A stretch of DNA of 64,000 nt from Saccostrea cucullata. Taxonomy: Eukaryota. The stretch spans positions 124,001 through 188,000 of the forward strand of contig NW_026931120.1 of the NCBI RefSeq assembly GCF_032062105.1. The letters are read 5' to 3'. The translations under genes were made by a program, and so were the position numbers. The first letter of the stretch is position 1. Each line of letters starts with the position of its first letter. Shown here in pieces: positions 26,301 to 40,872 of this stretch. The notes beneath the pieces are model-generated. The model ran no database searches. It saw only the letters and a list, made by a program, of their open reading frames with translations, and had not been told where the DNA came from.

Positions 26301-29299
26301 GACTTTGCTAGTTTTATGATCAGTCTGCTAGCAATAATGCTGGCCACTAGATCCCCCTCCAAGAGGTTCAGCTTTGGCTGGTACAGGGCAGGTGAGGAAG
26401 GGAATATTTAATATGTTAATGATGGACATGTTACATTTTATATGACTGGGAAATAGATAAAAAAAAAAGAACAGGGAAATAAGTAATCAGTAATTTGTCT
26501 CAGTGCATTAAGTTATTTTATAACTGACTCAGATGACTCTGTAATGATTCAACAGCATATCACCATTACATGTATTATGTTTAAGATCTTTTGAATGTTA
26601 GATACAGTGTACTTCTAAAATAATATTAATTTTTATAAAATTGTTAAGCAAAGATTTAAACTTTTTGTTTTGTTTTCAAGTGTTTTTTAATTTATTTGAT
26701 TTTAGTTTATTTTTTTATTTACACTTTAAGAAGTTATATACACTGTAATACCTTTTTGTATATATGTAGGATCAAAGCTTTTTAATGTCCATCTTTTTTC
26801 CACACTCACGTAAATTATCATAAATAGTCAAGGAATACTCAAAGGCATATGGCTATATGTAGTGCAGTTGTACTAATTTTTTATTACAGAAATACTGGGG
26901 GCATTGCTGTCGATTCTGTTCCTGTGGATATTGACGGGGGTGTTGTTTTATATGGCTGTTAGAAGAGTGATTCATCAGGACTATACGATAAATGCCACCA
27001 TTATGTTGATCACGGCAGCTTGTGGGGTGGCATTTAACGTAATGTAGGTATTTACATGCACATGTATGGGGCACACTTCACTGCTAATCCATGTTAATAC
27101 ATCTACAATAAACTGTTCACTATCTTTTTATTTTTTTCTCAATTATAAATGTAATAAAAATGCTGCATTAAGAAGTTAAATGAAAGCAACATCTTTGATC
27201 TTCTTTTTTTTTTTTTTGCCAGAATGGGTATATCATTAGGACATGGTCATAATCATTCACATCAGAAAAAGCAGAGTTCATCACAGGTAAGGAGAAAAGA
27301 TTCATTTAATTTTAAGGCTTGCTGATACTCTGGTAAGAAGGATAACTCTCACATGGATATAAATGTTTTTTGTTCTTTAAATAAAAATGTCCAGGCTATT
27401 TTTATCAAATTCACCCTGCAAGAAATAGTTTTCATACATAAATCAGATTATTCTGGAAAATTGTAAACTTAGCAAAATGTTATTTAAGTGAACAAAGGAA
27501 TGATTAAACCTTAAATATATATTTTTTTCACAATCATAAATTCTTCACAAAGTGTGAAAAAGTATAATTACTAAAACAATTCCTTTGTCTTGCATGCAAT
27601 AAGTTTTTTTGAACTTTGCCTTTTTTATATATTTCAAGGTACATTAATAACAGACAGATATTCAAAGTAGTCAACAGTCATCAGTTCAAGAAAACATTAC
27701 ACATCCATCATATGGAGCTATAAATAGCCATTTTAAAGTTACGAGTAAAAATATAGTTCTTGCTCTCAACCGCTTTTGAGATAATACAAACTCTAAAGCA
27801 ATAAAAATACAGTTTTATCTTTATAAAACAAGGACTTTGAAAACTCACAAAGAAAACATCAATGAGGTAAAGCAAGGCCGCTGATTGTTGACATTTATTC
27901 ATGACCATTGTATTAGGATCAAAAAACTCATTGTCAGTGTCTTATCATTGATATTGATACAGTTTGGCGACTAAATGCCCTTTATTGCGGCTAAACAAAA
28001 ATATTAAATTGTTTTGTATATATTTCAAGGTACATGTATATGTGCATCAGTCGTCTAAGTGTATGTTTTGCATTGTTTATGAGAAATTAGTACAACAGAG
28101 AAAATATACAGGTATGTACTATGTATACTTACATTTATTTATTGTTTCTTTAGGCCATTCCAATTTTGTTTTAAACAAAGGCTTTTTAGAACAAGGTCAT
28201 AATTATCCAAAAATACTACAATGGCAAATTTTTTATCAGATAAAACAAAACTAAAGAAATTATTAATAAATATATATTGAAAAAAACCCAACAAAATCAG
28301 TAGTCCAGGAATAGATAATGGTGTACATATAAACATTTCTTTGAATCTATATACGTATATTGATATCATCACTTTCCATTTCAGCCTGAGTGGCGATTAG
28401 CAGACCCTATTTGTACCTTTGTCTTCTCTCTGATTGTTATGGTCACTACATTTAAAATATTTCTGGACATCATTACAGTGCTAATGGAAGGTAAAACATA
28501 CTTTAAGAAAAAATGTATTTTTCTTTTCTCTAAATTGAATAATTTAAATTTACTCTTTTTACATATATATGTAAGTAAATGCAATGCATTTTTTAATACA
28601 ATAAATTACTTAGTAATATCTGAGAAACTTTAAATTTAATCTGAGGCCAAATAATTGATTGATATACTAGTAACAGTGTATAATAGATCATCTACTGTAC
28701 AATCTTTGGGTTGCATTCCGTTTATGTTAAGAGTTGACTTTCTGCAGGAACACCAAGAGGTATTGACATCAGTTCTGTAAGAAACTCCTTCCTTAAATTA
28801 CCAGGGGTTAAAGACGTCCACGACCTCAGACTCTGGTCATTATCCATGGACAAAATTGCTCTGTCTGTTCATTTAGCTGTGGGTAAGTTTTTTTTACTTC
28901 TCTTCATTATGTATGCAAAAAGTAATGAGTCAAGTCTTAAACTGGTCCTGCTCTATCATCAGGGATTTAGTTTACCATGGTCTTCCCATATTATTGAGAA
29001 TGAGATAGAGAAAGACTTGGTCCAGTATGTTTCTTAAAACTAAATTTATTGCCCAATAATTTGTCTGGTATCAAGTTTGTAAGTTTGTATGAGTTATCTT
29101 TCTTTGCAGTTCTTCATATTGAACAATTTTTATCTGAAAGTTTAACTTTCTTTTAGATTCCAACACAGATCCTTTGAAAATTTTAAAACTAGGTTCCGCA
29201 GTAGTGCGTATGAAATATGGCATTTCCGAGACCACGATTCAGGTGGAGGAACATGTAGAAGAAATGAATGAATGCACGCATTGTCAGGTCGCGAAATAG
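23344..29299 (+). CDS. SLC30A2: Zinc transporter ZnT2/ZnT8-like, copy 2 (tandem paralog; one exon disrupted in this sequence)
   Basis: Exons 23344-23483 and 24302-24336 (tentative), 25464-25574, 26245-26391, 26890-27043, 27223-27286, ~27654-28029 (scrambled), 28385-28490, 28748-28882, 29157-29299. Core exon sizes 111/147/154/106/135 equal copy 1. Motifs [32 protein letters not shown]. Confidence 0.88.
24551..24746 (+). CDS. Candidate alternative first coding exon of ZnT copy 2 ([17 protein letters not shown]...AIY)
   Basis: aaaATG start, 65 open codons, then A|gtaagt phase-1 donor that joins in frame to exon 25464. Confidence 0.5.
25633..25968. mobile_element. ~335-bp MITE in an intron of ZnT copy 2
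   Basis: TIRs aataggacaatttcca...tggattttcagtaaggcatggcattct and agaatgccatgctttactgaaagtcca...tggaaatggttctatt. Confidence 0.7.
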
Positions 29300-32200
29300 A
29301 TTGGAGGGAGAAAGGTGCCCTGAATATATAATATGTTGTTATGTATTAGAATTTCATCGGACATGTACATCACAAAATTAAAAATTTGTTGTGAATTTCT
29401 AAATTGTTGCAGCAAATTGCTAAACAAGGATGTGATACAAATTTGAATAATAGACTTACGTATGTAATATTATGTTCTTCATGCAGTTTTACCCATTATT
29501 TTCGTGTTGTTTTATTGTTGTTTTTTCTGTTATATTTTTAAAATACCGGTAATTGCTAGAAATCTCAATTAGAATATTAATATGTATACATGTAAATGAA
29601 TATATGCATAAATATCTGTGATAAAAAGTTATTTTAAAAACTACAAATATTGATTATGGGGAATGCAAACAGGTATTACATGTGACTACAATCATCTTTT
29701 TAAAGATCTTTTTAGTTTACTTCTTTTTTTAAAAAAGTTTTAATTAATATTATAGCTTTTAACTTTTATCATTCCAAGTTTATATTTTTTCAAAAAAGAC
29801 TACTCTCTGGCATTGTGCAATTTGATGTTAATATTTATTGTTTTTCTCAATGTATAATAACCAGTGCAAAAAGTAACTTGTCAGAGTGATTTATAGGAAA
29901 ATATACACAATCATCATATATTTGTCATTTTTCATTTGGTCGTGTAAAAATTTTAGGGAAGATTTTTTTGTATTTACTTTGTCAGTATGTTCTTTTTATT
30001 GTTGTTGTCTAAATGTATCTACATATATCTACAATTAATTATTTTTTAAGGTTACCAGAAAGAGATATAAAATTAGCCACTGTATATTTTTACTTCATTT
30101 CAAAGTATGTGTCAAGATTGAGTGCCATTTGCATGCTACAAATTTCCTTCCCTGCTATTTTCCACCAAACATTACCATGGTGTATTTCCAAACATTACCG
30201 TGGTGTATTTCCAATAAATGTCTGTGATTATTTTTTAAGCTTTTTTTGGTCAAGAGACAAAAAAAGTTTATGCTTTAGTAAGGTGTTTGTTGTCTCTTCC
30301 TGTGTTTAGATATCTGTCTTATGTGTATGTAAACAATTTTTCTCAAAACTACTCAACTTATAATTTAGTCCAACTACAAAAAAAACTTGATACGCAAGTA
30401 TGAATACATAATTTTGTAAATGGTTTTTGATTTTCGCAGGTGGTTGGCCATGGTCACTCAAAATAGAATTTTATTTAAAATTCTTTGAAAACACTACTTT
30501 AATATTATACATGCAAAGGGTTTGTTCTGTTTCAGTAAAACTTTATACACACATCAACTATTTGAAGAAACCTAACTCTATTTGTTGGTTTTAGATTTGG
30601 ACAATACTATTTCCAGGCTAATAAAAAAAAAATTGATTCTTTAAAAATACAACTCCTCTCACATTTTTGTCCGATTAGACTTTTTAACTTTACTAAAATA
30701 CATCCTTCTTTATTAAAAGTACACACCACTAGAGCTACAGTCTCCTCTGTGATTTCTTGTTTTCTCTGTAAGTTGTATATAAACTTAAAATAAAGAGTAT
30801 TATGAAATGTAAATTGTGTTTAATTTATTTGTTTGTATATCTTTTTTAGGGAGGATGGGGGTTGTTGGATATTTTTCCAAAAACAATCTAAGATATCTAA
30901 GGATGGATTGTCTGCCTTTCAACCCACCTGATAAGCTTGATTTATTTAAAAGCTCTCTTGAACTATGGTCCATAATGTTATCAAAATACTGACTGAAAAT
31001 GATTTCAGTCACAAGATGGATAAGATGGGAATGGATTTTCTACAGGTGTTCACTTCCAAATTGGCACTGCTAATTGTCACACCGACAGTACTTGACTTAT
31101 CTGAATGATCCATGATTCAATATTGGATAGAATTAATTGCACCTTTCAATAAACAGCTTCTTACTAATGAATTTTCATTAAGTACCTTTTTTTAAATGCC
31201 ATGGTATTTTTAATAAGGTCTTTCCACCCTCACAATTCTAGTGGTTCAAAGTACAAAAAACTGCATTTATTTTCATTTAATATAGTTTAATTTTTCAATT
31301 ATTGCAAAAAATGTTTAGGTCGCCATATTTATTTAACTATGAGACATAAATAAACAAAAGTATATGTCATAAAAAAAATTCACATTTTTTATAAACAGTA
31401 TTATGAAAAATATATAAAAACGGGTTAAAATGCGTATTTCCGATACTGAATGTTCCTAAATACTTCCTACTTATAAAATACTTTTGTATTGTGAATATCA
31501 GGGAAACTTTTTTACATTAGAGGTTTAATAAAGCAAATGCATGAATGCATAAATGAAGAGACCTGAGAAGGAGTTATTTCCCTTGTCAATATATTTTAAA
31601 GATTGAATTTAGTAATTGATTAAATCAAGAAAATACGCACTTTTAAAATTCGTTTACTTTACAATATTTATCAATACACCTATTGAAAAGCATTCCTACA
31701 TATGTGTAAAAATATACTGTTCTATCAGGTATCAATTTTAAATAAAAACAGTTTTTTCAAAAACCTATGACATCATAGGAGGGTGGAAAATATTTTTAAA
31801 GGAGGATTTTATCGAGCGATTTCTTCGTTTTCATATTCAATATGACCAAGTGGAAAAATAACAGGGACGGTTCAAGATGGAAAACCCGCTCTTTCAGAAA
31901 AAACAAAATAATTTGAATACAATTTCACATGAAATGCCTCTGTTCATGTTTAAAATGCAAATTTGAGTCTCTGTTAATATTATAATAATATACATTAAAG
32001 TCTTCGTCGCTTATTCCATAGGAGTTCCTGTACCTATAAGTTTTACCGAAATGTTCAGTAAATTAAAAATAATACGGAATACCCATATGATTATGAAAAT
32101 TCCGTAAATTTCAGTAAAATCGATAGGTACTGTACGCGAAATCCTGTGCTTATTCTGTGGCAGAATGGAAAAAGACCAAGTCATAATTTTTAAAAGTGTC

Positions 32201-33421
32201 AAAACAGTGGTCAATAAGTAAAAAAAAAAGCACATACTTGTATATTTCCATTTTTCAAATATTTTATATTAAAATGGTTACTGCAAAAGTAATATATTTT
32301 TTAAATCTGTCACTGCATTACTCATGAAATATAATTACTTTTCAAAACCATTCTTGAGCATTTCAGCGCTATGAGTGGGTTTGTTTGACGGATTTGTTTC
32401 ATTACAAATTCCGACGAGAAGTAGATTTTAACATAAAGTTAATGCAGCTCTCTAGGGAAAATTACAAACATAATGACATTAAGCGGTTATTAGTACTGGA
32501 ATGACTGTCGCATATTGCACTGTTAATGAGAACAGCTGTGTCTGTGTTAGTTACTTGTATATGTCAATTGTTCACAGATCATTAATGTCGTGTATATTGT
32601 TCTACTACAAGTGACTAATGTCTGTAACACAACTTGTAAGCTGTTACAATGTTATAGGAAAAGTTTGACTCGCTTTGCATGAAAACAGGTTATCATACGA
32701 ATTAACAACTAATTAATAAACGTTTACACTACATATAACTACTGCTGATCTGTTGCTCAATGGCCTACAGAGCTATACATGTGCATTTAAAAGGTGTAAA
32801 ATGCTCTCTGGTCTAACGGTGGAATTAAATAAGTTGATCAGGTATTAAAATTCACAAAATCTTTTCTCGTCACTAATAAAAACTAATTTCCCTACCATTT
32901 ATGTCATATTCAATGTAAGTCACAATCTAGCATCTAAAGCACCGGTAGAATTTTGCATCATCCATGCAAGTTTGGTTTAGTTAGGCCTTGTCTTGCTCAT
33001 GGAACTACTCCCAAAACATTGAGAAACATCCAGAAAAGAAAGGTTAGAAGTTGGTCAATTTACGACTCATAAAGTTATCTTGGATAAGACCGGCTCCAAA
33101 AACATGAACCTGGTCATTTTTTGCGGAAATTGCAACGGATGAAAAATTGACTGGTTTAATGAAAGAAATTTTAAACTAAGGGAAAAGCTCCAAAAAGACA
33201 ACAGTTTATAAATATTTTATTTTAAAAATTAATATACAGATCATGTAAGAGAAAAAAGAACGGAGCACGTCAGTCTGAGTATTAAAGGCTTTCATCAAAA
33301 GCATGCAGATGTAAAATGAAAAATGTTTATCAAATGTAATTGCTAAAAATGTTAGATTGAAAACGATGCATATGATGCTGGAAAAGGACTTTCACATATA
33401 ACTGAATTATCCTCTGTCCAA

Positions 33422-35162
33422 TCACATTACAACACAACGATCACGTGGTTTGGAGATTTTTGAATTTTCTGGTCTTTTCTCGTTCCATATATCCAGACTT
33501 CTACATTCACTGGTGATAAACTCCTCCACCTCCACCCCGTGGGTAACCTCTAAGTCTGACAGGCTGATGCGGGAGGCGTTCAGGGGAACCGATTCCTTCT
33601 CCTCCGCCCCTCTCACCTCCTCCTCTAATATGGAGGAGTCTAATGGTCCACCAAGGTAATTTCTCGTTGCTAGCTCTAGGTTTACGGACGGAAGCGCTGA
33701 AAATGATAAGTAAATTTAATGTATTTTTAAGCATAAAACTAAAACAGCATCAAAGACAATGGTAAGCAACCAAAAAGCCTTTCTACATCCAAAAACATTC
33801 CTTGAAAATGCAACACAGATTATTTATTGAAGCAATAATTGCATTTTCATTGCTACCATTAAAAGGTACATTCTTGTGATCAAAGAAAACATCTTGAAAA
33901 GCATGGCAAACAAACTTTGACATAGGAACATTTTTGGGACAAATTAGACACCTTTGCTTAAGATATACCTTTTTGGTTAAGCAGGAACTGAAATGCTGGT
34001 ATAACGACTTGTGGATCGAGGAGATGTAACTTTACAAAGAGAGCATTCATTTCTCTGTTGTAATCTGCCTCTGTACACTGCCCCCGGACAATCTGGAAAA
34101 TCCACATCTGGGTCCAACGGGGCTCCATAATGTGTGCTAGGAGCTTCTCTGCCCAAACATGTCTACAAAGCAAGGGTGACTACCATGAAAATTGAAAATA
34201 TTCACCAAAGAAGATCAAACAACAAGATGTTAAGATTAAATTCACATGCACAAAGAAATGATAAGACGATTTACCCATTGTCTTCCATGAAGTCCTTCAG
34301 ACTGACCCCTGTCTTTTCATCTCGGACTACCTCTGGATAGGTCAAAGAGTACAGGCAGAAACCTATAAATATGACGTAAGAAATAATAAAGTCATCATTT
34401 TACTAATGGAAGTATGTATGGGAGTATTTCGTTAATACAGGACCCAATTTATTGTTAGATTTTATGTACTTGTTAGTTTCAGTAAATAGTGCCCAAAAGG
34501 AATAACACATTTTTTTTATGATTTGGTTGATTTGCCCCAATTAAATTACAATTTACTAGTATTTAAAAATGCTTTGTACTAAAGCAGATGCTATTTGCAC
34601 ACACGATATGGATTGAAAAAATATTGTCCATGGTGAATTTTTGTACTAGTAGAGATATTGGTTCTGTTATTCTTTTGGCTATATACAAAAATCAGCTGTG
34701 TCACAAACCTAGCTTTTTCCACTGAAGACCATTATAAATATCCCTTAGCACTTGTTGGAGTGAGTCTTTGTCAATCATTTGATGAAACTTATATTCGTCT
34801 TTTATATTAGATATACATTCAGCAACCAAGGCTGTTGCCAATTTGTCCATCGGAAATCCTCGGGTATCTAAGTATTCCAAAACAGAATCTGGGGCTTCAT
34901 TTGGAAAGAAAATGTCACGAACGTGCGGTTCAACTTTCACAGCATTTATCAATATCGAACGAGCATATTCCGAAACTTCGTCCACTCCATCCCTATATGG
35001 GGTGAGACCGTAGAGGGCCTCTACATTAAGTCGATCTCCAGGTTTGCTAGGCCTCGCTAGGAGGTTAAAACTGTTTGTTCTCCGGACCGAAGCTCCTCTT
35101 TTGGCCCGAGGCGGTGATCTTTGAGATGAACTCCTTTTCACAGAAATCGGCATCGTTGACAT
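33422..35162 (-). CDS. Uncharacterised ~336-aa protein with a C-terminal CaaX motif (CVVM)
   Basis: Exons 35162-34709, 34362-34275, 34162-33969, 33696-33422 splice in frame (phases 1, 2, 1) with canonical sites; in-frame stop upstream of ATG 35162; ends ...SKISKPRDRCVVM*. Confidence 0.85.
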
Positions 35163-37879
35163 CACATTCCAAATATCAAATCATCTTCACTCCGGAAATC
35201 AAATTTTTGTATCCATCTGTTATTAAAAATACGAGACATTCAATAATAATTAAATTGTATATTCTTTTCAGTGATCAAGCGACACTTAAAGATATTAATA
35301 TTCAAATAGATGTGTATACACGATCATGCGATTTGAAACAATCGATATAATAGACAATCTACTAAATTACTTCCTGTTTTAATGCCGTAGTATTTATAGC
35401 CGAGATGTATTTGCGTTTTTTAAAACGTCTTTTGTTCTACCAAGATATCATCTTCTCCCTAATCTAATCAAAAATCATTTTCGATCAACCTCTTTAAACA
35501 TGTTAAAAGAAGCATGCATGGAATTGTCAATCCGGACTAGTAACTATAACATATTACAAATAAAAAGCAGCATAAATCTACGCCTATATTTATGTACTAT
35601 TCTGGTAGTTTTACATGTACATATGCATTTCATTGCATATACACTTAAGGTTTTGTATTGTATAACTCTTTAAATCTAGACCGATTTTAGTAATCAAATG
35701 TCTGAACATTTCAATATTATTTTTTTCAATATAGTTGGCGACAGAAAACCCGTTTTATACATGCAATTTCTATTGACCTTTGATTTAAATAGCGTGTATG
35801 AAGCCAGATAAGAAAAATAGCTCTGTTGCGAAATTACATCTCTGAGAATTCTTTCAGCCTTTCTGTGCTGTTGTGATTGTATAAGGTGAAATTTTTATCC
35901 AATAGACATTTGAAATTTTAAAACGAAATCGTGATCGCAATAACGATGTATAACGGACATTTACTTTAAAAATCTTTCTTTAGAGCCATTTGAACAATAG
36001 GCTTAAATTCCGTGTTTTTAAACACTAAAATGAGACCATCTTATCCGCCCACAATAGACAAATATCATGCCGTAGTGTCCCGTCTTTGAATCAGCTGACA
36101 GCTTTTGTAAACAGACCAAATTCTAGGTCGCACTTTTAATACACTGAATTGGTCTTATCTCGTGATCAATTTGGTCCAAAATCATTCAATAAATAGCTTC
36201 TTTAGGCGTCCGAGAATCGCTATTCAACTTTTGAATTTGACAAGGTATTGAAATATATGCAAGGTTTATATACAGTGAATGGCCCTGCAAACACTGACCA
36301 TGTATCTCAGATTACGTGGAAAGTACATATATTAACTGTTCACTGGAGAGAAATACATGTAGTTATACCTAATAACCTTGTCAGTTTATATAAATCTACT
36401 TCGTAAAAAGTTCTCTGAAAAGATCCCCCGTTCATTCAATTGAAAAAATGGCAATCTTATCTGCTCATTTGAGTCTCTGAAAGGGGTAAATCTTTTTATT
36501 TATCAATTACTAGTATGTAACATAAATCCATATACTACTTAGTACTTACCACGTGTATTAAACCACCATTCCATTTAGTCCCTGTTATTAGTTCATCATC
36601 AGTCCATATGGTTGTTTATTACAGCTAATTTAAACACTACTCACGATACAGACCCCGATCTAATAAATCTTCAAATTGAATGAATTCCTTATCAGAAGTT
36701 CAATTGTCCACAAGTAACTTCAAGGGCCGCGTTTTTTACTAACGTCCTCGCTGCTGCAATTCAAGTAAATAAATACACAAATAATACAGGCAATTTGTCG
36801 TCGCTGTGAAGTCAAACTTGCGTCACACACGGAAGGGGGTGACTTTTGTCGCCTTTTATAGAAGGAAACGAACTCGCGTCTACTTCCAAGGATCTCGACT
36901 TTAATTCGCCCTCTTTTGTGCAGAAATATGCTGTTGGTGATACGGTTGAATGATTTAACTCTTTACTGAAATCCCCAGATGGGTAACAGGTAAACCGAAC
37001 CCTTGAAAAGTGTTTAAATATCTGATTTTATTGTGAAGTTGTCGAAGCGAAAACAAACTTTTGATTTAAAGAAAGAATAAAAAAGAGAAAGACAAACAGG
37101 AGCCCATCAAGGATTTCCCCCAATATTATTAGTAATTATCTGGTTGATCTTTCTGCTATATTGTTAGAGCCTGTTTTTCTAGATTAAATGTTTGATGTAT
37201 GTTGCATTTATAAAGGAATGCAAAAGACCTGTAATCTTGATGTAATGTATGGGATGTCATTCTTTACATTCAAACAGGTAAACTTCATTTAGGAAAAGGA
37301 TATCAAGTAACTGAAATAAATTCTAAAATCAAATATTCAACTTATTAATTGATGCTATTTTTTAATTATAAAATGAAAGGAAAAAGAAACTCAGGGTAAA
37401 ATAATTTTGGAATTTTTTGACTATATGTACATGGCCGAAAATTATGAAAACTGGGTAGAAGGGTGTCTAGGTTATACTGTGCACTATAAAAGTCAGCATT
37501 TAGAATAATTATGATTTAGTTTTATATCATGCAAAAAAGAAAAACAAGAAGAAATACAGTATATTTGTGTAGTAAACATTGAAACCTTTCCCCTTTATCC
37601 TTATTTTTTCACTTAAGCTTAATGAATTGAATTTCTAAACATATACAATGGGATTGTTTCAAAACTTATTTCCTCTCCCTACATGGAAAGTTTATAAAGT
37701 TTATGCTACATTTGTGTTACACAGTTTTAGAAAAATATTAATAAATAGCTTAATTTCTCTCAGTGTTTCTCATCTTACATTTATCAGGCACCTCTCTGCT
37801 TGGGATACTTATAATACCCAAAAAATATACACTCTCATTTCTTTACTTTCCATGGTGTTTTATCAAACAGGTTTTAATA

Positions 37880-38870
37880 CAGTTTTTGGACATAGGTCTT
37901 CCAACAAGCTGTTGGAATTCATACAGGTAGCAACTGTGTCCCGTTGTACGCCGATCTATTTTTATATTCATATGAAGCAGAATTTTTTCATATAAACTTT
38001 TACATGGGAAGATGAAAACACTTGTAGCCTTCAACTCGACCTTTCGATAAATTAAATTAACGAAAATTTCATCAGATATCAATGTTTTTTTATTCGTATG
38101 TCAACTCGATATATCTCATTGAGACTGATCGAATTGAAAGATACCACTGTTTCATATTTGGATATTTTACTAGGAAAAGACGTAATTAGTAATCTAACAA
38201 CCAACTTTTTGATAAGTGTAATCGTGATGAATTTCACATTTCATCCATCAACTTCTCTGACTGATTTAGCTATATACCACAATCACTTGCTTATTGGATT
38301 ATGTTTCTCAGTTCATTACATTCGCAAGAGTATGTTCTTTGTATAAACAATTTCTAAAACGATGCAAGATATTGGCATACAAGTTGATGAAACAATGATA
38401 TCGTAACTCGTTTGAAGTCATCAATTCGCAAGCTGTTTGGTCGATACAATGACCTTATCAACAAATACAATTTATCATTGAGTCAGATGCTGACTGACGC
38501 TTTTCATACTAATTGTTAGTCCATTATTTACACGCCGAATTGTCTACGTTTTCGCCTCTCTGTTTTTACCAGGTATGACAAGAAGCACACGGACGATGTG
38601 GACGGTCGGCAGGGGATGCTCACTCCTCCATGACACCTGATCTTACCTCTGGTTTTCAGAGGTCGGTGTTTGCTCTCTCTGATTTGTATAGTTTGAATGG
38701 ACTTATGAGCTTTAATGCTGTTCGTTATCTCCATTTATTACACCCCCCGCTTGAAAAGTGGGAGGGTATATAGAGGTCGGTGTTTCCGTCTCTCTCTGAT
38801 TTGTATTGTCTGAGTGAAATTTAATGGACTTTATTACATATGATTGTGCTTTAATGCTGTTTCGCCATAA
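37880..38870 (+). mobile_element. Degenerate Penelope-like element, same family as 5750-7155, with partially duplicated 3' tail
   Basis: ELKDTT.SYLDILL, FGRYNDL.NKYNLSLSQMLTD, tail gcaggggatgctcactcctccatgacacctgatc...agaggtcggtgttt; tail segment repeated at ~38772. Confidence 0.8.
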
Positions 38871-40872
38871 CCAAACATGGACTTTACAATTATAATCCAT
38901 TTATTTAATTTTAATTTTATAGCCATTTAGTAGGCAACTAATGCTTTCCTTGGATTTCTTTAGTTTAGTTTTGAATAAAATATATACCATTTTGCATAAA
39001 TGTACTGTTGTGGTGTTTATGTTATTTTCTTTACCCCATTCATGTTTAAAACCAGTACTGCTGGCGATTCTGTTAAGAAAAATGGAATTCGGCATTAATA
39101 TGTGTACACAGTAACTGATTCCTCTATGCCGTTAACAGGAAACTGTTGAAAATGACAGATTTGGCGTAAATATTAACACTGTTTATGAAAAAGACATTAA
39201 AAGTAAGGAAGAGTAAACAGTTTTTACGTTATTTCCCCCCATTAACTTCGATGGGGAATTGTTTGGTACAAACAACAATTAAGATTCAACATCATAATTT
39301 AAAATGAAACAAGAAATGTAACAAAATCAGCAAATTTAATAAGTGTTTTGTTCAATATGATAGTCATGTTTTTTTGCTATTTTTTTTTTTTCAGGTATTG
39401 CATTTAAACAGTTTGTTTTTCTATGGAAGGTTGTAAGTATATTATACAGAAGCATTTTTTTTAATGAAAATCATCAATGGTACATTTTTAAAAATTTTAT
39501 TAGACCGCCTCTTAATTTATAAGTTGCAGATTTTTCTTATTAGTTGTTAAGGGAACTAGATGTTTGTTAGGAAACATTTTGTGTTGGTGTTTATCCTTTA
39601 TACTGGTACTTCGTTTTAAATATACATGAAGGTCCTTACCTTACAATTTGGTCTTCTGACAATCTTAACCTTGGCCGACTTTAGGAAAATTGATTCACAA
39701 ATATTCAACACATGGATGTTTTCTTAGAAAAATTACAGTTTTTTGGATTGGACAGTTACATGTATTCACGATAATATCTGTCATTCGTTATTTCCGCATT
39801 TCATATAATTATTATATTAACTCCCCAACCTTATTTTCCGCCTCATTTAAACAATAATATGCTTGTTTGTTTGTTAGTGTATTGGAATTACAGTTGCAGC
39901 TGTTGCAGGAAAATTACAATACCCGCGCTATATACAAACGGGTTATGTAAATATTTTTTGCATTAACAGCAACCGTTTATTTCCGTCACAATTAACAAAT
40001 AAAACATTGTATTGTTCATATTTATGTCCATATGAATAATCATATAAACGATAGGTTTCCACATGTTTATTTTATTTTGTTATACTGATAGGTCATTCTA
40101 TTTTTCCTTGATGGAAAAACCACTGCTCAAGATAACTATATATTTATTGTTTACCATTGACCAAAGAAACCCGTGGCTTAAAGCTACACATATATGTATA
40201 ATTATACAATTCAGGCAAGTGACAAAGGATTCAAAATTATGCACAACATACAAATTAATGTATTTAATAAGCATATGGTTAAAAGAAATTCAAAACAAAA
40301 TTAATGCAAAATTTAACCAAAATATGATAAATCTTTAATCGTTATCAAACGAATTTTAATGTGTTTTCTTTTGTACTTATAGCTTGAAATAAATATTTAC
40401 AAAGATTCTGAGTTTGTTTTGATACACTTTTGGCTTGCTAAGTGGCCTTAAAGAATTGATAAACAATCATGGTTTTCTTAAAAAAAGAAGATAAATATGT
40501 TTTCAGCATCCAATCTCTGTTCGCTTCACCTATCGCTGATACCTCTTTCAAGCAGATTTTGTCATATCGTTCAGTGGGGCATAAACGGATGTAAATGTAA
40601 TAATTATTATTTGTTGATTATTCTGCTGATGTTGTGGCTGATCATTTTTGAGATTAACTCAAAGTTAATTTTTCCGCTTCTTTGCTGCTAAGGTCAAATT
40701 AAATTGACAGAAAAAATTGAGATCCTTGGAACCATGCATTAAAGCAATATGTTTTGATGAATTTTTCTACAAATGTCTTATGGCACGTGAGTTGTCAAAC
40801 TTTAATGTACAAGTTTAACACAAGCACAATACGCTGTACTGTAAACATTTTGTTGGTGGGGGTATGTCTTTG

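Noticed and set aside
31215-31800. Possible TTAA-flanked MITE (tttccaccctc ... gagggtggaaa)
   Set aside because: Only an ~11-bp inverted match; too weak to define ends.
36550-36575. Short minus-strand exon MEWWFNTR with a strong donor as the coding start of the CaaX gene
   Set aside because: Splicing to the acceptor near 35217 meets a stop and is out of frame with the main ORF; at most a 5' UTR exon or uORF.
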